This document shows, piece after piece, positions 22,166-30,771 of a stretch of 43,253 nt of DNA. The translations under genes and the position numbers were made by a program. Source of the DNA: a virus; IMG/VR virus record IMGVR_UViG_3300028831_000428, positions 1-43,253 of that record; one strand, written 5' to 3'. Under the pieces are notes generated by a model. The model was not told the origin of the DNA. It worked only from the letters and a program-made list of their open reading frames with translations, and ran no database searches. Position 1 is the stretch's first letter. Each line of letters starts with the position of its first letter.

Positions 22166-22804
22166 ATGAGCGATTTATACCAAAAGATCCCAGGACTTTA
22201 CAAACGGGAAGAAAAGAAGCCGTTTCGGCTAATTGAAGGTGTGTACCGTGAACCCGAGCTGGAACTGCTGAAGGACATCGAGTGGACATTCACGGAAAAA
22301 GTAGATGGTACAAACATCCGTGTTATTTGGGATGGCCATACTGTGGTATTTGGCGGTCGTACTGAAAACGCGCAGATACCCTCACATCTTGTCACTAAGC
22401 TTAACGAGCTATTTATGGGTACGCGTATGGAGCAAGTGTTCGAGCAGGTATTCGGTGAGAGTAAGGCAATTCTTTTTGGCGAAGGCTATGGTGCAAAGAT
22501 ACAGAAAGGCGGGGGCAATTATTCATCAACTCAAGAGTTCGTACTGTTTGACGTGCTTGTGGGTGAATGGTATTTGCGCCGTGAAGACATTGAGGATGTA
22601 GCCAGTAGGTTCGGCCTAAAGGTCGTACCAATTATAGCTAAAGGCACGCTCGCCCAAGGAGTCAAGCTCATCAAAGACGGCCTAAAGTCTCAGTGGGGTG
22701 ACTTTACTGCCGAAGGATTAGTCGCGAAGCCCAGCGTGGACTTATTTAACCGTAAGGGGGAGCGTATTGTTACTAAGATTAAGCATGAAGATTTCTATGA
22801 CTAA
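22166..22804 (+). CDS. ATP-dependent RNA ligase family protein (nucleotidyltransferase superfamily)
   Basis: Motif I TEKVDGTNIRV (KxDGxN), FGEGYGAKIQ, AEGLVAKP and VTKIKHEDF. Confidence 0.7.
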   Translation: MSDLYQKIPGLYKREEKKPFRLIEGVYREPELELLKDIEWTFTEKVDGTNIRVIWDGHTVVFGGRTENAQIPSHLVTKLNELFMGTRMEQVFEQVFGESKAILFGEGYGAKIQKGGGNYSSTQEFVLFDVLVGEWYLRREDIEDVASRFGLKVVPIIAKGTLAQGVKLIKDGLKSQWGDFTAEGLVAKPSVDLFNRKGERIVTKIKHEDFYD

Positions 22805-23057
22805 AAGAAATTATGTGCGCCAAAAATGCATGGTTTATCTCAGGGCGGATCAAGTTGAAGAGTTGAACGCTAAAGACCCATCAATCACCGAAATACCGCT
22901 TGACTGCAATTGTAGGCACCACAATGGCAAAGAAATATATCGTGTTTTTTACCCTGATAGGAAGAGAAATAATCGCCAACCGTATTTTGGCTTTAGATAT
23001 CCATCCCGCCCCCATAAGGAACTAGATAAGGACCCAACTAATGAAGCTAAGCAGTAA
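22797..23057 (+). CDS. Hypothetical protein
   Basis: ATG 22797 overlaps the ligase stop (ATGACTAA). The track starts at 22767. Confidence 0.55.
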   Translation: MTKRNYVRQKCMVYLRADQVEELNAKDPSITEIPLDCNCRHHNGKEIYRVFYPDRKRNNRQPYFGFRYPSRPHKELDKDPTNEAKQ

Positions 23058-23565
23058 ACAACGCGCCGATCTCGATTCCTGCCTTTACTTTGTGCCGGGC
23101 AATTGTAAGGATTGGATCGACAGTATCACTGATGCCGATATAGCTGCTTACTTCGCCTGGTCGGATAAGGGCGACAGGCGTTTCCTCGACATCTGCAACT
23201 GGACGGTCGGTGGTAATGGCAATAGCACAAAAGGCGCAACGGCTATTAAATGGGGAAAGACATACCGTGAGCTGTTCATTACAGACATGCTCAGAGATTT
23301 AGACGAGACCGTTTATATATGGGAGCTGGCGTATGAAGAGCCTGATCTGCCAAGGCCTGTTTTGAGAGCTTTGGGTGATCGTCGTGTGCGACAGTTCGAC
23401 AACTGGGCTGAGATATTCAGAAGCGATGACTGGGAGGCAACTGCGCGGGAACATGCACTAAGGCTATTCCCTGGTAAGAAGGGCGAGACTGCTAGAGCTG
23501 TCCACATGGCATTGTTCAGAAGAGTCACAGAAGTCTACAGAGAACTAGATAAGGAAAAACAATGA
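23041..23565 (+). CDS. Hypothetical protein
   Basis: 174-aa ORF in the early block. Confidence 0.6.
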   Translation: MKLSSKQRADLDSCLYFVPGNCKDWIDSITDADIAAYFAWSDKGDRRFLDICNWTVGGNGNSTKGATAIKWGKTYRELFITDMLRDLDETVYIWELAYEEPDLPRPVLRALGDRRVRQFDNWAEIFRSDDWEATAREHALRLFPGKKGETARAVHMALFRRVTEVYRELDKEKQ

Positions 23566-23798
23566 GTAAACGAATTACACTTGCAGATTTTGAGATTGAG
23601 CAGATAGTATCTGGGCTGACAAGGCTGAGAAATGAGCCCGGCCTAAACTACGAGGTAACTAAAGTTGGCCAGCGTTGGTATGACCGCTTAATTGTCAAAT
23701 TAAAAGACCAGCATCCGCGTTCAGTCGAAACCTTAGGCGTATCTGGTCATGGTGATGTTGATAGTGTAGCACCTCCAGAAAGCAAAGAGAAGATATGA
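23562..23798 (+). CDS. Hypothetical protein
   Basis: 78 aa with ATGA overlap. Confidence 0.6.
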   Translation: MSKRITLADFEIEQIVSGLTRLRNEPGLNYEVTKVGQRWYDRLIVKLKDQHPRSVETLGVSGHGDVDSVAPPESKEKI

Positions 23799-24118
23799 GC
23801 AACACCCCACTCAGTAGTAATGACAAAGAGCTGCGCGAAAAATTAAGGACCTTCCAATATAACCAAAAACAGGGAATAGAGCTAACTGAAGGCCACTTAG
23901 ATTACATCATGCACCTCATCTCAGAAGACCGTAAGGCTCGGGAAGCTGAGATAAAGTCGCAGGGTTTGGATGAATTCTTTGACTTTATGGAGGACGTCTA
24001 TGATGCTTGGGATAAATATCATGGAAATATGAACCTACGCGAATTTGCACACGATTTCCTGAAGCGCACCAGACTATCACAAATTGTAAAGGAAATGGGA
24101 GAGAGTAATGAGAAGTGA
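23795..24118 (+). CDS. Hypothetical protein
   Basis: 107 aa with ATGA overlap. Confidence 0.6.
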   Translation: MSNTPLSSNDKELREKLRTFQYNQKQGIELTEGHLDYIMHLISEDRKAREAEIKSQGLDEFFDFMEDVYDAWDKYHGNMNLREFAHDFLKRTRLSQIVKEMGESNEK

Positions 24119-24272
24119 AGAAAAGCTGGTAGCGGCAATGGCAAAAAGTTTTATCTCCTTGGGGTTCAACCCACCTAGCTATCCAAGGCCACGATGGTAT
24201 CAGTTTGGGTTAAAACGCAGATTAGCCTACTACCGTAAGAACAACTGGCCTTATAGATTGGAGCAATCATGA
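24108..24272 (+). CDS. 54-aa hypothetical protein
   Basis: Not in the track. Fills the 24119-24268 gap. Its stop overlaps the next ATG (ATGA). Confidence 0.45.
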   Translation: MRSEEKLVAAMAKSFISLGFNPPSYPRPRWYQFGLKRRLAYYRKNNWPYRLEQS

Positions 24273-24694
24273 CCAATCAACCCCTTCCCCTCCCACAGGT
24301 AAGCCGAGAGGAGCTGAAGAGGCAAATACAAGCCATTGAGTTTCCCGTTTCTAAAGATATCAAGATTTTTCCCGAAGGCCCCTTCACATTAGGAAAATTT
24401 CTTGATGCTCCAATGATTGAGCAACTCCTAGCCCTCTTCGACCAGCACCTCCAAGTAGCTGTAAATGAGGCAAAGTCGGCTCAGACACAACGCATAAGAG
24501 AGCTGGTAGGCTGGGAGGAAGAGCCAGACTTTGATCCCGGTGATGCAACTTACGGTGATTCAGAGCATGATCACAATGCTGTCATATACGGCCGCAATGA
24601 AGCTAAGGGCGAAATCCAAGGCAAAATTGAGAATGAATTAGCCAGGCTCAAAAACCAACCAAACACCCCTAATAATGATAAGGAGATATCGTGA
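24269..24694 (+). CDS. Hypothetical protein
   Basis: 141-aa ORF. Confidence 0.6.
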   Translation: MTNQPLPLPQVSREELKRQIQAIEFPVSKDIKIFPEGPFTLGKFLDAPMIEQLLALFDQHLQVAVNEAKSAQTQRIRELVGWEEEPDFDPGDATYGDSEHDHNAVIYGRNEAKGEIQGKIENELARLKNQPNTPNNDKEIS

Positions 24695-24873
24695 AATACG
24701 CAGGAATTTACACAGACGAAGGCTTAATTTGTACTGAGTTTTGTGACACCGAAGAAGAGGCGTGGCAACAATTGATTGACAGCAGCGGTGAGAGCCGCGA
24801 GAGCCTTGAAAGTGCTCATTATGTTCAAGGCTTCACCGATAAAGAGATAAGGGAGCTTCCAGATGTCGGCTGA
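24691..24873 (+). CDS. Small acidic protein
   Basis: 60 aa, GTGA overlap. Confidence 0.55.
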   Translation: MKYAGIYTDEGLICTEFCDTEEEAWQQLIDSSGESRESLESAHYVQGFTDKEIRELPDVG

Positions 24874-25054
24874 ATCAACAAAGTTTCGTTTCTCGTATTA
24901 CTCAGATCCAGAATATGGAACTTGGGCATGCCCTGAATGCGAAAAGGGATATGCGTACTACGGCTCCTTGCTTCGCCATACAGTAAGAGTTCATGGCTAT
25001 AAATGGCTAGATAATAAGAGCGTGTATAAACCAATGGAGGCGTCAGATGAATAA
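24863..25054 (+). CDS. C2H2-type zinc-finger-like small protein
   Basis: CPEC-x12-HTVRVH fits the pattern C-x2-C-x12-H-x4-H. Confidence 0.55.
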   Translation: MSAESTKFRFSYYSDPEYGTWACPECEKGYAYYGSLLRHTVRVHGYKWLDNKSVYKPMEASDE

Positions 25055-25478
25055 CCACTCCGACCCTATAAGAGAGTGGCAAGGCAACACAGAATTCAAT
25101 GCACAGCAGCGTCATGCCGACCACCTCTTGCAGACTAATACAAATAACCCGGATGACTTTGAATGGTTGGATGAAGCGATAATGCATATAGTCTATGAGA
25201 CGGGCCAGATGCGACGTGGTAAAACAATTAGCGCGAGTAGCTTCCCCGAGGCTAAATCCGCCATCATCGCCCGCTTCCAAGCCCAAGAGCAACGTCATCA
25301 GGTGGAGGTGGTTAGGGCGCGGGTGCAAACCATAGAGCAATGCATCACCTTTTTAAGCTTTGAAGGTATAAAACTCAGTGATGAACAAGAAGAATCGGTG
25401 CGTCAATACCAACGGCAATTAGAAGCCCAACTCAACACCCTCACCACTACAGGGGAAAAGGAGAGAACAGATGAATAA
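25047..25478 (+). CDS. Hypothetical protein
   Basis: 143 aa with SD GGAGG. Confidence 0.6.
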   Translation: MNNHSDPIREWQGNTEFNAQQRHADHLLQTNTNNPDDFEWLDEAIMHIVYETGQMRRGKTISASSFPEAKSAIIARFQAQEQRHQVEVVRARVQTIEQCITFLSFEGIKLSDEQEESVRQYQRQLEAQLNTLTTTGEKERTDE

Positions 25479-25905
25479 AGTTAAGTTTCGAGTTTCAGCT
25501 GGTCAGACCACAGTAGGCTACGAATTACTAGCTTATGGCTCATGGAAATTCAAAGAAGTAGATGGGGTGTACAAGTTCGGAACGTTTGGCGGCAAGTCGT
25601 ATGCCCGCTGGCAGTTCACCGGCCTAAAGGATAAGAACGGAACAGAAATTTACAAAGGGGATATTCTGACTGTAAAACAATCAAATGTCGATGATAATTA
25701 CCGTGCTGTTATAGAGTTCGGCTGGAATGATTTTGGCGAATATGGCTTTTATTGGCTAAGTGGATTTGCCGGTCGAGAACTAAAAAAGGGTGCCGTCATA
25801 CGAGATGTAGACCAAGTTTCCGAGAGGTATGAAGTCATCGGTAACATCTACGAGAACCCAGAGCTTCTAGAGCAACCCCAAAAGGAGAAAGCAGAAGATG
25901 AGTAA
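25471..25905 (+). CDS. YopX-family protein
   Basis: QFTGLKDKNGTEIYKGDIL and YEVIGNIYENPELLE are typical YopX signatures. Confidence 0.8.
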   Translation: MNKVKFRVSAGQTTVGYELLAYGSWKFKEVDGVYKFGTFGGKSYARWQFTGLKDKNGTEIYKGDILTVKQSNVDDNYRAVIEFGWNDFGEYGFYWLSGFAGRELKKGAVIRDVDQVSERYEVIGNIYENPELLEQPQKEKAEDE

Positions 25906-26191
25906 AATTAGAGAGATTGTAAATAATCAGGGTGTCCAGTGGTGGTTCTATTGTCCTGGCTGTAATGATGCTCATGCTATCGATAGCAGTTGGGAGTTTG
26001 ATGGCAATTTAGAAGAGCCTACTATTAACCCAAGTATTTTAGTACATCCATCCGACAATGGTTATATCAAGCGTTGCCATTCATTTGTCCGTAACGGAAA
26101 AATTGAATTTTTAGGTGATTGTGAACATACACTAGCTGGGCAGACTGTCGAGTTGCCCCAAGTGTCTGAGGGTGAGGGGAGGGATAAATGA
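25898..26191 (+). CDS. Small Cys/His metal-binding protein (DUF6527-like, from memory)
   Basis: CPGCNDAH...EPTINPSIL...RCHSFVRNGKIEFLGDCEH. Confidence 0.5.
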   Translation: MSKIREIVNNQGVQWWFYCPGCNDAHAIDSSWEFDGNLEEPTINPSILVHPSDNGYIKRCHSFVRNGKIEFLGDCEHTLAGQTVELPQVSEGEGRDK

Positions 26192-26241
26192 GTAAGCAGT
26201 AGAAGATGGCACCGATAAACAAATTAATAAGGAGTTCTAAT

Positions 26242-26628
26242 ATGCACAAAAATATCACACTAACACCAACAAGTAATCTTACCGAAACCAGAGAAATGAT
26301 TCTTCGATCGTATGGCCTAGTCTTTCATGATAAGGCCCCCGGCATCTATATTAATTATTTAGAGAACGGCACATTGGATGGGTTTATAACAGTTACCAAT
26401 CCTAAGATTGGCTCTCATTTTCGAGTATTTACGAAGAAACGCCTAGGAACAGCTGAGGATTATCCTGGCTTTGCTGAAGTCAGTGACAATACCATACTAG
26501 AGCTAGGAATACTCCGTTGGATATGGTACTGGATTAGGTTTAATATGGTTAAACTGCTGTACTATCCAGAGTTCCGACGGCAGAATAAGCGATATGTGGC
26601 CGACAAAGTAAAGGGATTGGTAAAGTAG
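26242..26628 (+). CDS. Hypothetical protein
   Basis: ATG 26242 behind AAGGAG; the track starts at 26206. Confidence 0.6.
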   Translation: MHKNITLTPTSNLTETREMILRSYGLVFHDKAPGIYINYLENGTLDGFITVTNPKIGSHFRVFTKKRLGTAEDYPGFAEVSDNTILELGILRWIWYWIRFNMVKLLYYPEFRRQNKRYVADKVKGLVK

Positions 26629-26660
26629 CAAATAGTTAGTTTAATGCACCGTCTCTTTAT

Positions 26661-26689
26661 GGCCGCATCTCCGAGGTGTTGGTGCGGCC
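26661..26689 (+). terminator. Hairpin after the early operon (weak terminator candidate)
   Basis: GGCCGCA (26661-26667) pairs with TGCGGCC (26683-26689), followed by TTAT. Confidence 0.35.
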
Positions 26690-26708
26690 TTATGGGGATG
26701 GTATTATA

Positions 26709-26839
26709 GAGTCTAGCCCCGGTTCCACTCTTGGTGGTTTTTCCCCGGGGCTTTATGATATGATGAACTAGAGCGATGACAGCGAAAGCTCGTGGACTAA
26801 CAAATGCAAAAAAGACCAACCGCAAGGAAGGTCTTTTTT
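26709..26839 (+). ncRNA. Candidate small RNA (promoter-like TGGTATTAT, CCCCGG/CCGGGG hairpin, terminator)
   Basis: -10 at 26702-26707. Stem AGCCCCGG (26715-26722) / CCGGGGCT (26745-26752). Only 2-3 codon ORFs follow. Ends at the terminator 26808-26839. Confidence 0.2.
26808..26839. terminator. Bidirectional-type terminator hairpin
   Basis: AAAAAAGACC...GCAA loop...GGTCTTTTTT, with an A-tract on one side and a T-tract on the other. Confidence 0.5.
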
Positions 26840-27030
26840 GTTGGTAGCTACTCTGATACCAGTGACGTCTTATCTAAGAATGAGTAATTCCGAGAGCGTA
26901 TGTCGTATCGCTACCCTAGCCAGTTACTATTTTTCCTTTATAGCTGAGCTGACTGTAACCTCATATTAGCATAGGTGTAATGGATTGTCAATATGCAATT
27001 TGATAAACATGAGCAATATGTTTTGGGAAG

Positions 27031-27045
27031 TGTTTATGCTATTGT
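27031..27045 (+). promoter_or_regulatory. TGTTTATGCTATTGT promoter-like element upstream of terS
   Basis: Same TGTTT-TGCTA family as 38506-38519, 29366-29380, 16428-16441 and 11481-11496 (minus strand). Confidence 0.4.
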
Positions 27046-27108
27046 GTGGGTAGAAAATAGAACATAAATGGAACACTCCTCTTAACATACAGGCGGATTT
27101 CAGGCATC

Positions 27109-27501
27109 GTGGGTAGCAAAGATTTCAATCCTGACATAGGTAAAAACACACAGTATAGGCCTGGTGAATCGGGTAACCCCGCTGGGAAGCCAAAGGGGGC
27201 TCTACATCTGTCGACGCATATACAGAACCTCTTAAATGACCCGGAGTTTACGACATGGGTGACTGATCCGAAGGAGGGCTGGAAAGAGTACACTGGTGCT
27301 CCTGTCAAAGCGATTATTAGGGTGCTGATCATCAAGGCGATGGCTGGCGATGTGAAGGCCTTTGATGCACTGGGTAAGTATGGATACGGCACGAAGTTAC
27401 AGTTGAGTAATGATCCTGAGAACCCTGTTAGTGCTCCTGCGGATCCAGCCTTGACTGCTAAATGGACCGAGTTCTTGAAGAACGAAACGCACGATGGCTA
27501 A
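27109..27501 (+). CDS. terS: Terminase small subunit candidate
   Basis: Lies directly upstream of and overlapping terL. The motif GESGNPAGKPKG resembles the NPxGRPKG motif of many small terminases (from memory). GTG start. Confidence 0.6.
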   Translation: MGSKDFNPDIGKNTQYRPGESGNPAGKPKGALHLSTHIQNLLNDPEFTTWVTDPKEGWKEYTGAPVKAIIRVLIIKAMAGDVKAFDALGKYGYGTKLQLSNDPENPVSAPADPALTAKWTEFLKNETHDG

Positions 27502-29095
27502 CCTCGATTCCCTCTCTCCTACGGCGTGGATAGTAGCGAACGGAATCATCAATGAAAACCAGCAACCTATCGAGTTCAGGAATCATCGCTTCTTGATTGA
27601 TCCGTTCGATGATATGCATAGCGATATCGTCGTAAAGAAGTCGGCGCAGGTGGGGTTTAGCGTGCTAGCGATCCTCAAGTCTTTTTGGTTGGCGAAATAT
27701 AAAAACCTGAATACAATCTATGTGCTTCCAACCCAGGATATTGTGAAGAGCTTTGTGAATCCTAAGATTGATCCGTTGATTGCCTCCAATGACGCTATCC
27801 AGAAGTTCGTTAGCAAGGACTCAGTAACACTCAAGCAGATCGGTGACAGGTTCATCCATTACAAGGGGTCTGCTAGCCAGAGAGAAGCTATTAGCACCTC
27901 GGCTGATCTGTTGGCGATTGATGAGTATGACCGGTGTATGGATATGAATGTGCTGAATACCTACGACTCACGCCTGCAGGCCTCTGAGTATGCCTGGCGC
28001 TGGCGCTTCTCTAACCCGAGTGCGGTGGGGTTTGGGGTTGATTCACTGTTCCAAGACTCGGATCAGCGGCATTGGTTCGTGAAGTGTCACCACTGTGGAC
28101 ATCGGTGGTTCATGGACTTTGAGAAGGATGAAGCATCGAAGGCCCATTATGTTGATCAGAAGGCTAAGGTGTACGCCTGTGGGAAGTGTCATAAGGCTAT
28201 AGACGATGCAGACCGCCGTAATGGTGAGTGGATCGCTAGGTTCCCATCGCGTAACAGACATGGCTATTGGTTCAGCCAGATGATGGCACCCTGGGTGACG
28301 GCCGAGCGTATCCTTGAGCAAAAGGAGGAGTCGAGCATTGATTTCTTCTACAACTTTGTGCTGGGTAAGGCTTATACCCCAAGTGACATGGTGGTGAACC
28401 GCGAGACGATCTTGCGCGCCTGCGCTCCTAGCAGCATCCCTCGCATCAACGTAGCGATTGGGGTGGATCAGAACGTGTCTGAGCAGATTTGGGTGGCTGC
28501 AACGGCTCAGGGCGTGTTTGCGCACGGTAAAGCCAAGAGCTGGGAGGAGATCGAGCACCTGAAGCTGATGTATAACGCTGTGGTGGTATGTGACCCAGCG
28601 CCTTATTCGACTATGCCAAAGAAGATGGCGGCGAAATATCACGATTGGTACCTCTGTTATTTCAAGCAGATGGATGGTATGGAGATTCTGCAGTGGAAGG
28701 ATAGCGTGGTATACGCGGATCGCACGCGTTTACTCGATACTGTGGCGACAGAGATTGCTGAGGCCAGGCTGCTGTTCCGTGAGCGGCCGTATGAGCTGGA
28801 GGACTACATTAAAGATTGGCAAAATATTTACCGGACGACTGTCGAGAAAGAGGACGGGCGTGTTAAAAGTGAGTGGTTAAAGAAGGAGGGACAGCTGAGT
28901 GATTTTAGTTTTGCAACGGCATATTGCCGTATAGGGCTGAGTCGTGTTTTGGGCGGCGTATCAACATTCATCGAGCCGCAGTTCGATGGGAGTAGTGCGC
29001 CGATAACAGACACGGTTACAGAGGACGGGAGATATCAAACAACACTAGATAAGGCCGTGGAGGACACCTTTGAAAGGATGGATTATGGAGCGTGA
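27494..29095 (+). CDS. terL: Terminase large subunit, lambda GpA-like
   Basis: KKSAQVGFS resembles the gpA Walker-A-like KSARVGYS. Internal CHHCGH...CGKCH zinc ribbon. 533 aa. Confidence 0.85.
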   Translation: MANLDSLSPTAWIVANGIINENQQPIEFRNHRFLIDPFDDMHSDIVVKKSAQVGFSVLAILKSFWLAKYKNLNTIYVLPTQDIVKSFVNPKIDPLIASNDAIQKFVSKDSVTLKQIGDRFIHYKGSASQREAISTSADLLAIDEYDRCMDMNVLNTYDSRLQASEYAWRWRFSNPSAVGFGVDSLFQDSDQRHWFVKCHHCGHRWFMDFEKDEASKAHYVDQKAKVYACGKCHKAIDDADRRNGEWIARFPSRNRHGYWFSQMMAPWVTAERILEQKEESSIDFFYNFVLGKAYTPSDMVVNRETILRACAPSSIPRINVAIGVDQNVSEQIWVAATAQGVFAHGKAKSWEEIEHLKLMYNAVVVCDPAPYSTMPKKMAAKYHDWYLCYFKQMDGMEILQWKDSVVYADRTRLLDTVATEIAEARLLFRERPYELEDYIKDWQNIYRTTVEKEDGRVKSEWLKKEGQLSDFSFATAYCRIGLSRVLGGVSTFIEPQFDGSSAPITDTVTEDGRYQTTLDKAVEDTFERMDYGA

Positions 29096-29357
29096 TCTAC
29101 GGTATAGGATATTGGTTAACTTGGTACGGACTGACCGGCCGAGGTATTGGACGTGGCACTGCCCACACTGCCAGTTCCCCGTAACTGAGCTGGTGAATGA
29201 TGAAGTGCAGTCGATGACGGATTTCTTTGACATGCGTAATACTGATAAGCGGCTGGTTGGTCATCGGTGTGGTGGGCGTAGTCCTACGGGGATTGGGCGG
29301 TGTGACTTTTGGTATTACTTTAACTTGAGTGATAAGCCGCCAAAGGGCGTAGTTTGA
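29085..29357 (+). CDS. Small zinc-ribbon protein
   Basis: CPHC...HRCGG...GRCDFW. ATG 29085; the track uses TTG 29070. Confidence 0.55.
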   Translation: MERDLRYRILVNLVRTDRPRYWTWHCPHCQFPVTELVNDEVQSMTDFFDMRNTDKRLVGHRCGGRSPTGIGRCDFWYYFNLSDKPPKGVV

Positions 29358-29365
29358 TATTTCCG

Positions 29366-29387
29366 GTGTTTTGCTATAGCATAGTAT
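29366..29387 (+). promoter_or_regulatory. GTGTTTTGCTATAGC promoter-like element 5-12 nt before ATG 29392
   Basis: Member of the TGTTT-TGCTA family. A second -10-like TAGTAT lies at 29382-29387. Confidence 0.35.
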
Positions 29388-29391
29388 CGTA

Positions 29392-29547
29392 ATGAAGCGT
29401 ATAATAAAAATAATGCCGGCGGTTCAACTGTACTGGCTATGCGAGTTCTGTGGTAAGCCGAATCCGTGGCCACAGAAGAGGGCACGGAAGTATTGCAATA
29501 AAAGTTGTCAGGATAAGGCGTATTATGCGAGAAAAAACTTGGCGTGA
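29392..29547 (+). CDS. 51-aa zinc-ribbon protein
   Basis: Not in the track. CEFCGKP...YCNKSCQDKAYYARK. Confidence 0.5.
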   Translation: MKRIIKIMPAVQLYWLCEFCGKPNPWPQKRARKYCNKSCQDKAYYARKNLA

Positions 29548-29767
29548 CTTTGTCGATATGAGCAAGCCAGACGATAAACTGGCGGTGTATATTGACGATG
29601 CTATCGCAGATGGCTGGCCGCAAATTGGTGGGTCTGATCCAAAATGGGTTGTACTGCACGGTGAGTTGATTACTCGTAATAACAAGTTCGCTGAGCGAGT
29701 GGTTGTTGAGGATATTGAGGCATATTATAGGAGGAAGAATGAGCGACTGGAAAAAAGACATCAATAA
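29525..29767 (+). CDS. Hypothetical protein
   Basis: ATG 29525 inside the track ORF 29450-29767. Confidence 0.5.
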   Translation: MREKTWRDFVDMSKPDDKLAVYIDDAIADGWPQIGGSDPKWVVLHGELITRNNKFAERVVVEDIEAYYRRKNERLEKRHQ

Positions 29768-29978
29768 AATACTTGCTCCCTATCTATTGCCTGAGAGGAG
29801 AGTCTACGTAGTCCCCTACGATGTGTGGCAAACGGTGGCTGGTATATATGCAGAAAGCAATCCCTCGCCAACTGGGATGGAAAAAAGTCATCCAGCCTTC
29901 ACTGCGATGAGACACCCCACCAATAATTATCCAGTAGTTGAGTATGCGCCGTATATCTTCATGGAATTGGGGGTTTAG
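29739..29978 (+). CDS. Hypothetical protein
   Basis: ATG behind AGGAGGAAG; the track starts at 29703. Confidence 0.6.
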   Translation: MSDWKKDINKILAPYLLPERRVYVVPYDVWQTVAGIYAESNPSPTGMEKSHPAFTAMRHPTNNYPVVEYAPYIFMELGV

Positions 29979-29979
29979 A

Positions 29980-30216
29980 ATGGCAAAAGCTAAACTATCA
30001 TACTATCAGCGCGCAATGATTCATGATGATTTAGATAAGATGGTTGACTGGGCGGTCGATGCATGTAATGGCAACATCGTCGGGAAGGCACATATAATTC
30101 CTCAGATTCAGATCGGTGACTGCATCTTTAGATTCACCATTGAGCCAGTATCCTTTGGCGAGAGGACGACGAAGATTTATGAGAAGAAGCTGGGGTTGAA
30201 GAATAATGGCAAGTGA
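29980..30216 (+). CDS. Hypothetical protein
   Basis: ATG 29980; the track starts at 29938. Confidence 0.55.
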   Translation: MAKAKLSYYQRAMIHDDLDKMVDWAVDACNGNIVGKAHIIPQIQIGDCIFRFTIEPVSFGERTTKIYEKKLGLKNNGK

Positions 30217-30439
30217 TTTAGATAAACTGCTGGCTCACGCATTCCGGCCAGCCGTAAGTTGTTTTATTGCTGAAAAAGTATCTCAAGAAGAGGGAGATTT
30301 GCTCTTTACAGATGCAAAGAGAGATATCAAGGCGTTATTTATGAAACTAATAGGTGAGACAAATTCGTTTGAGTCTGCAAATACGGGCAGAGTCTGGATA
30401 GACCCAGATGATTTAGAAAAAAGGGTTCATAAACTATGA
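30206..30439 (+). CDS. Hypothetical protein
   Basis: 77-aa ORF. Confidence 0.55.
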   Translation: MASDLDKLLAHAFRPAVSCFIAEKVSQEEGDLLFTDAKRDIKALFMKLIGETNSFESANTGRVWIDPDDLEKRVHKL

Positions 30440-30771
30440 GTGATTTAGATGAGAAGCTAGAAGCAGCTCTCCGGCAGCCAGGAATGGTATGGATGGATAC
30501 TTATGATCCGATGATCGAAAAAATGATCATCGCTATTAAACAAGCCTTTAAAGATGCTGGGTGGCTACAAATCACAAAGGCTTACCCGGTGAATGATAAC
30601 GACATTCTACTATTGACCGGGCAAGAATGGCATGACCGCTTCAGGAAGATTGTTACTCATGATTCGCGTCTAACTGATCTAGACGATTCTGAGCCAAGAT
30701 ATGTTGATCTTATAAACTCGGTCATGCGTTACATGGATGACGCCGCAAAGCGTGCGAGTGGGGTTGAGTGA
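30436..30771 (+). CDS. Hypothetical protein
   Basis: 111 aa with ATGA overlap. Confidence 0.6.
   Translation: MSDLDEKLEAALRQPGMVWMDTYDPMIEKMIIAIKQAFKDAGWLQITKAYPVNDNDILLLTGQEWHDRFRKIVTHDSRLTDLDDSEPRYVDLINSVMRYMDDAAKRASGVE

Noticed and set aside
24825-25340. 171-aa minus-strand ORF
   Set aside because: It lies antisense to four well-supported, translationally coupled + strand genes and has no SD. It is probably a shadow ORF.
26562-26825. 87-aa minus-strand ORF in the terS-upstream gap
   Set aside because: It runs through three hairpins and the bidirectional terminator and has no SD.
27039-27392. 117-aa minus-strand ORF opposite terS
   Set aside because: The + strand frame has the small-terminase-like NPAGKPKG motif and is coupled to terL.
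28043-28642. 199-aa minus-strand ORF inside terL. The same applies to 33089-33658 in the portal, 36300-36912 in the capsid gene, 37423-37896 and 19347-19826.
   Set aside because: All are antisense to genes with clear motifs or strong positional support. Their compositions are Arg/His/Leu-rich, typical of shadow frames.
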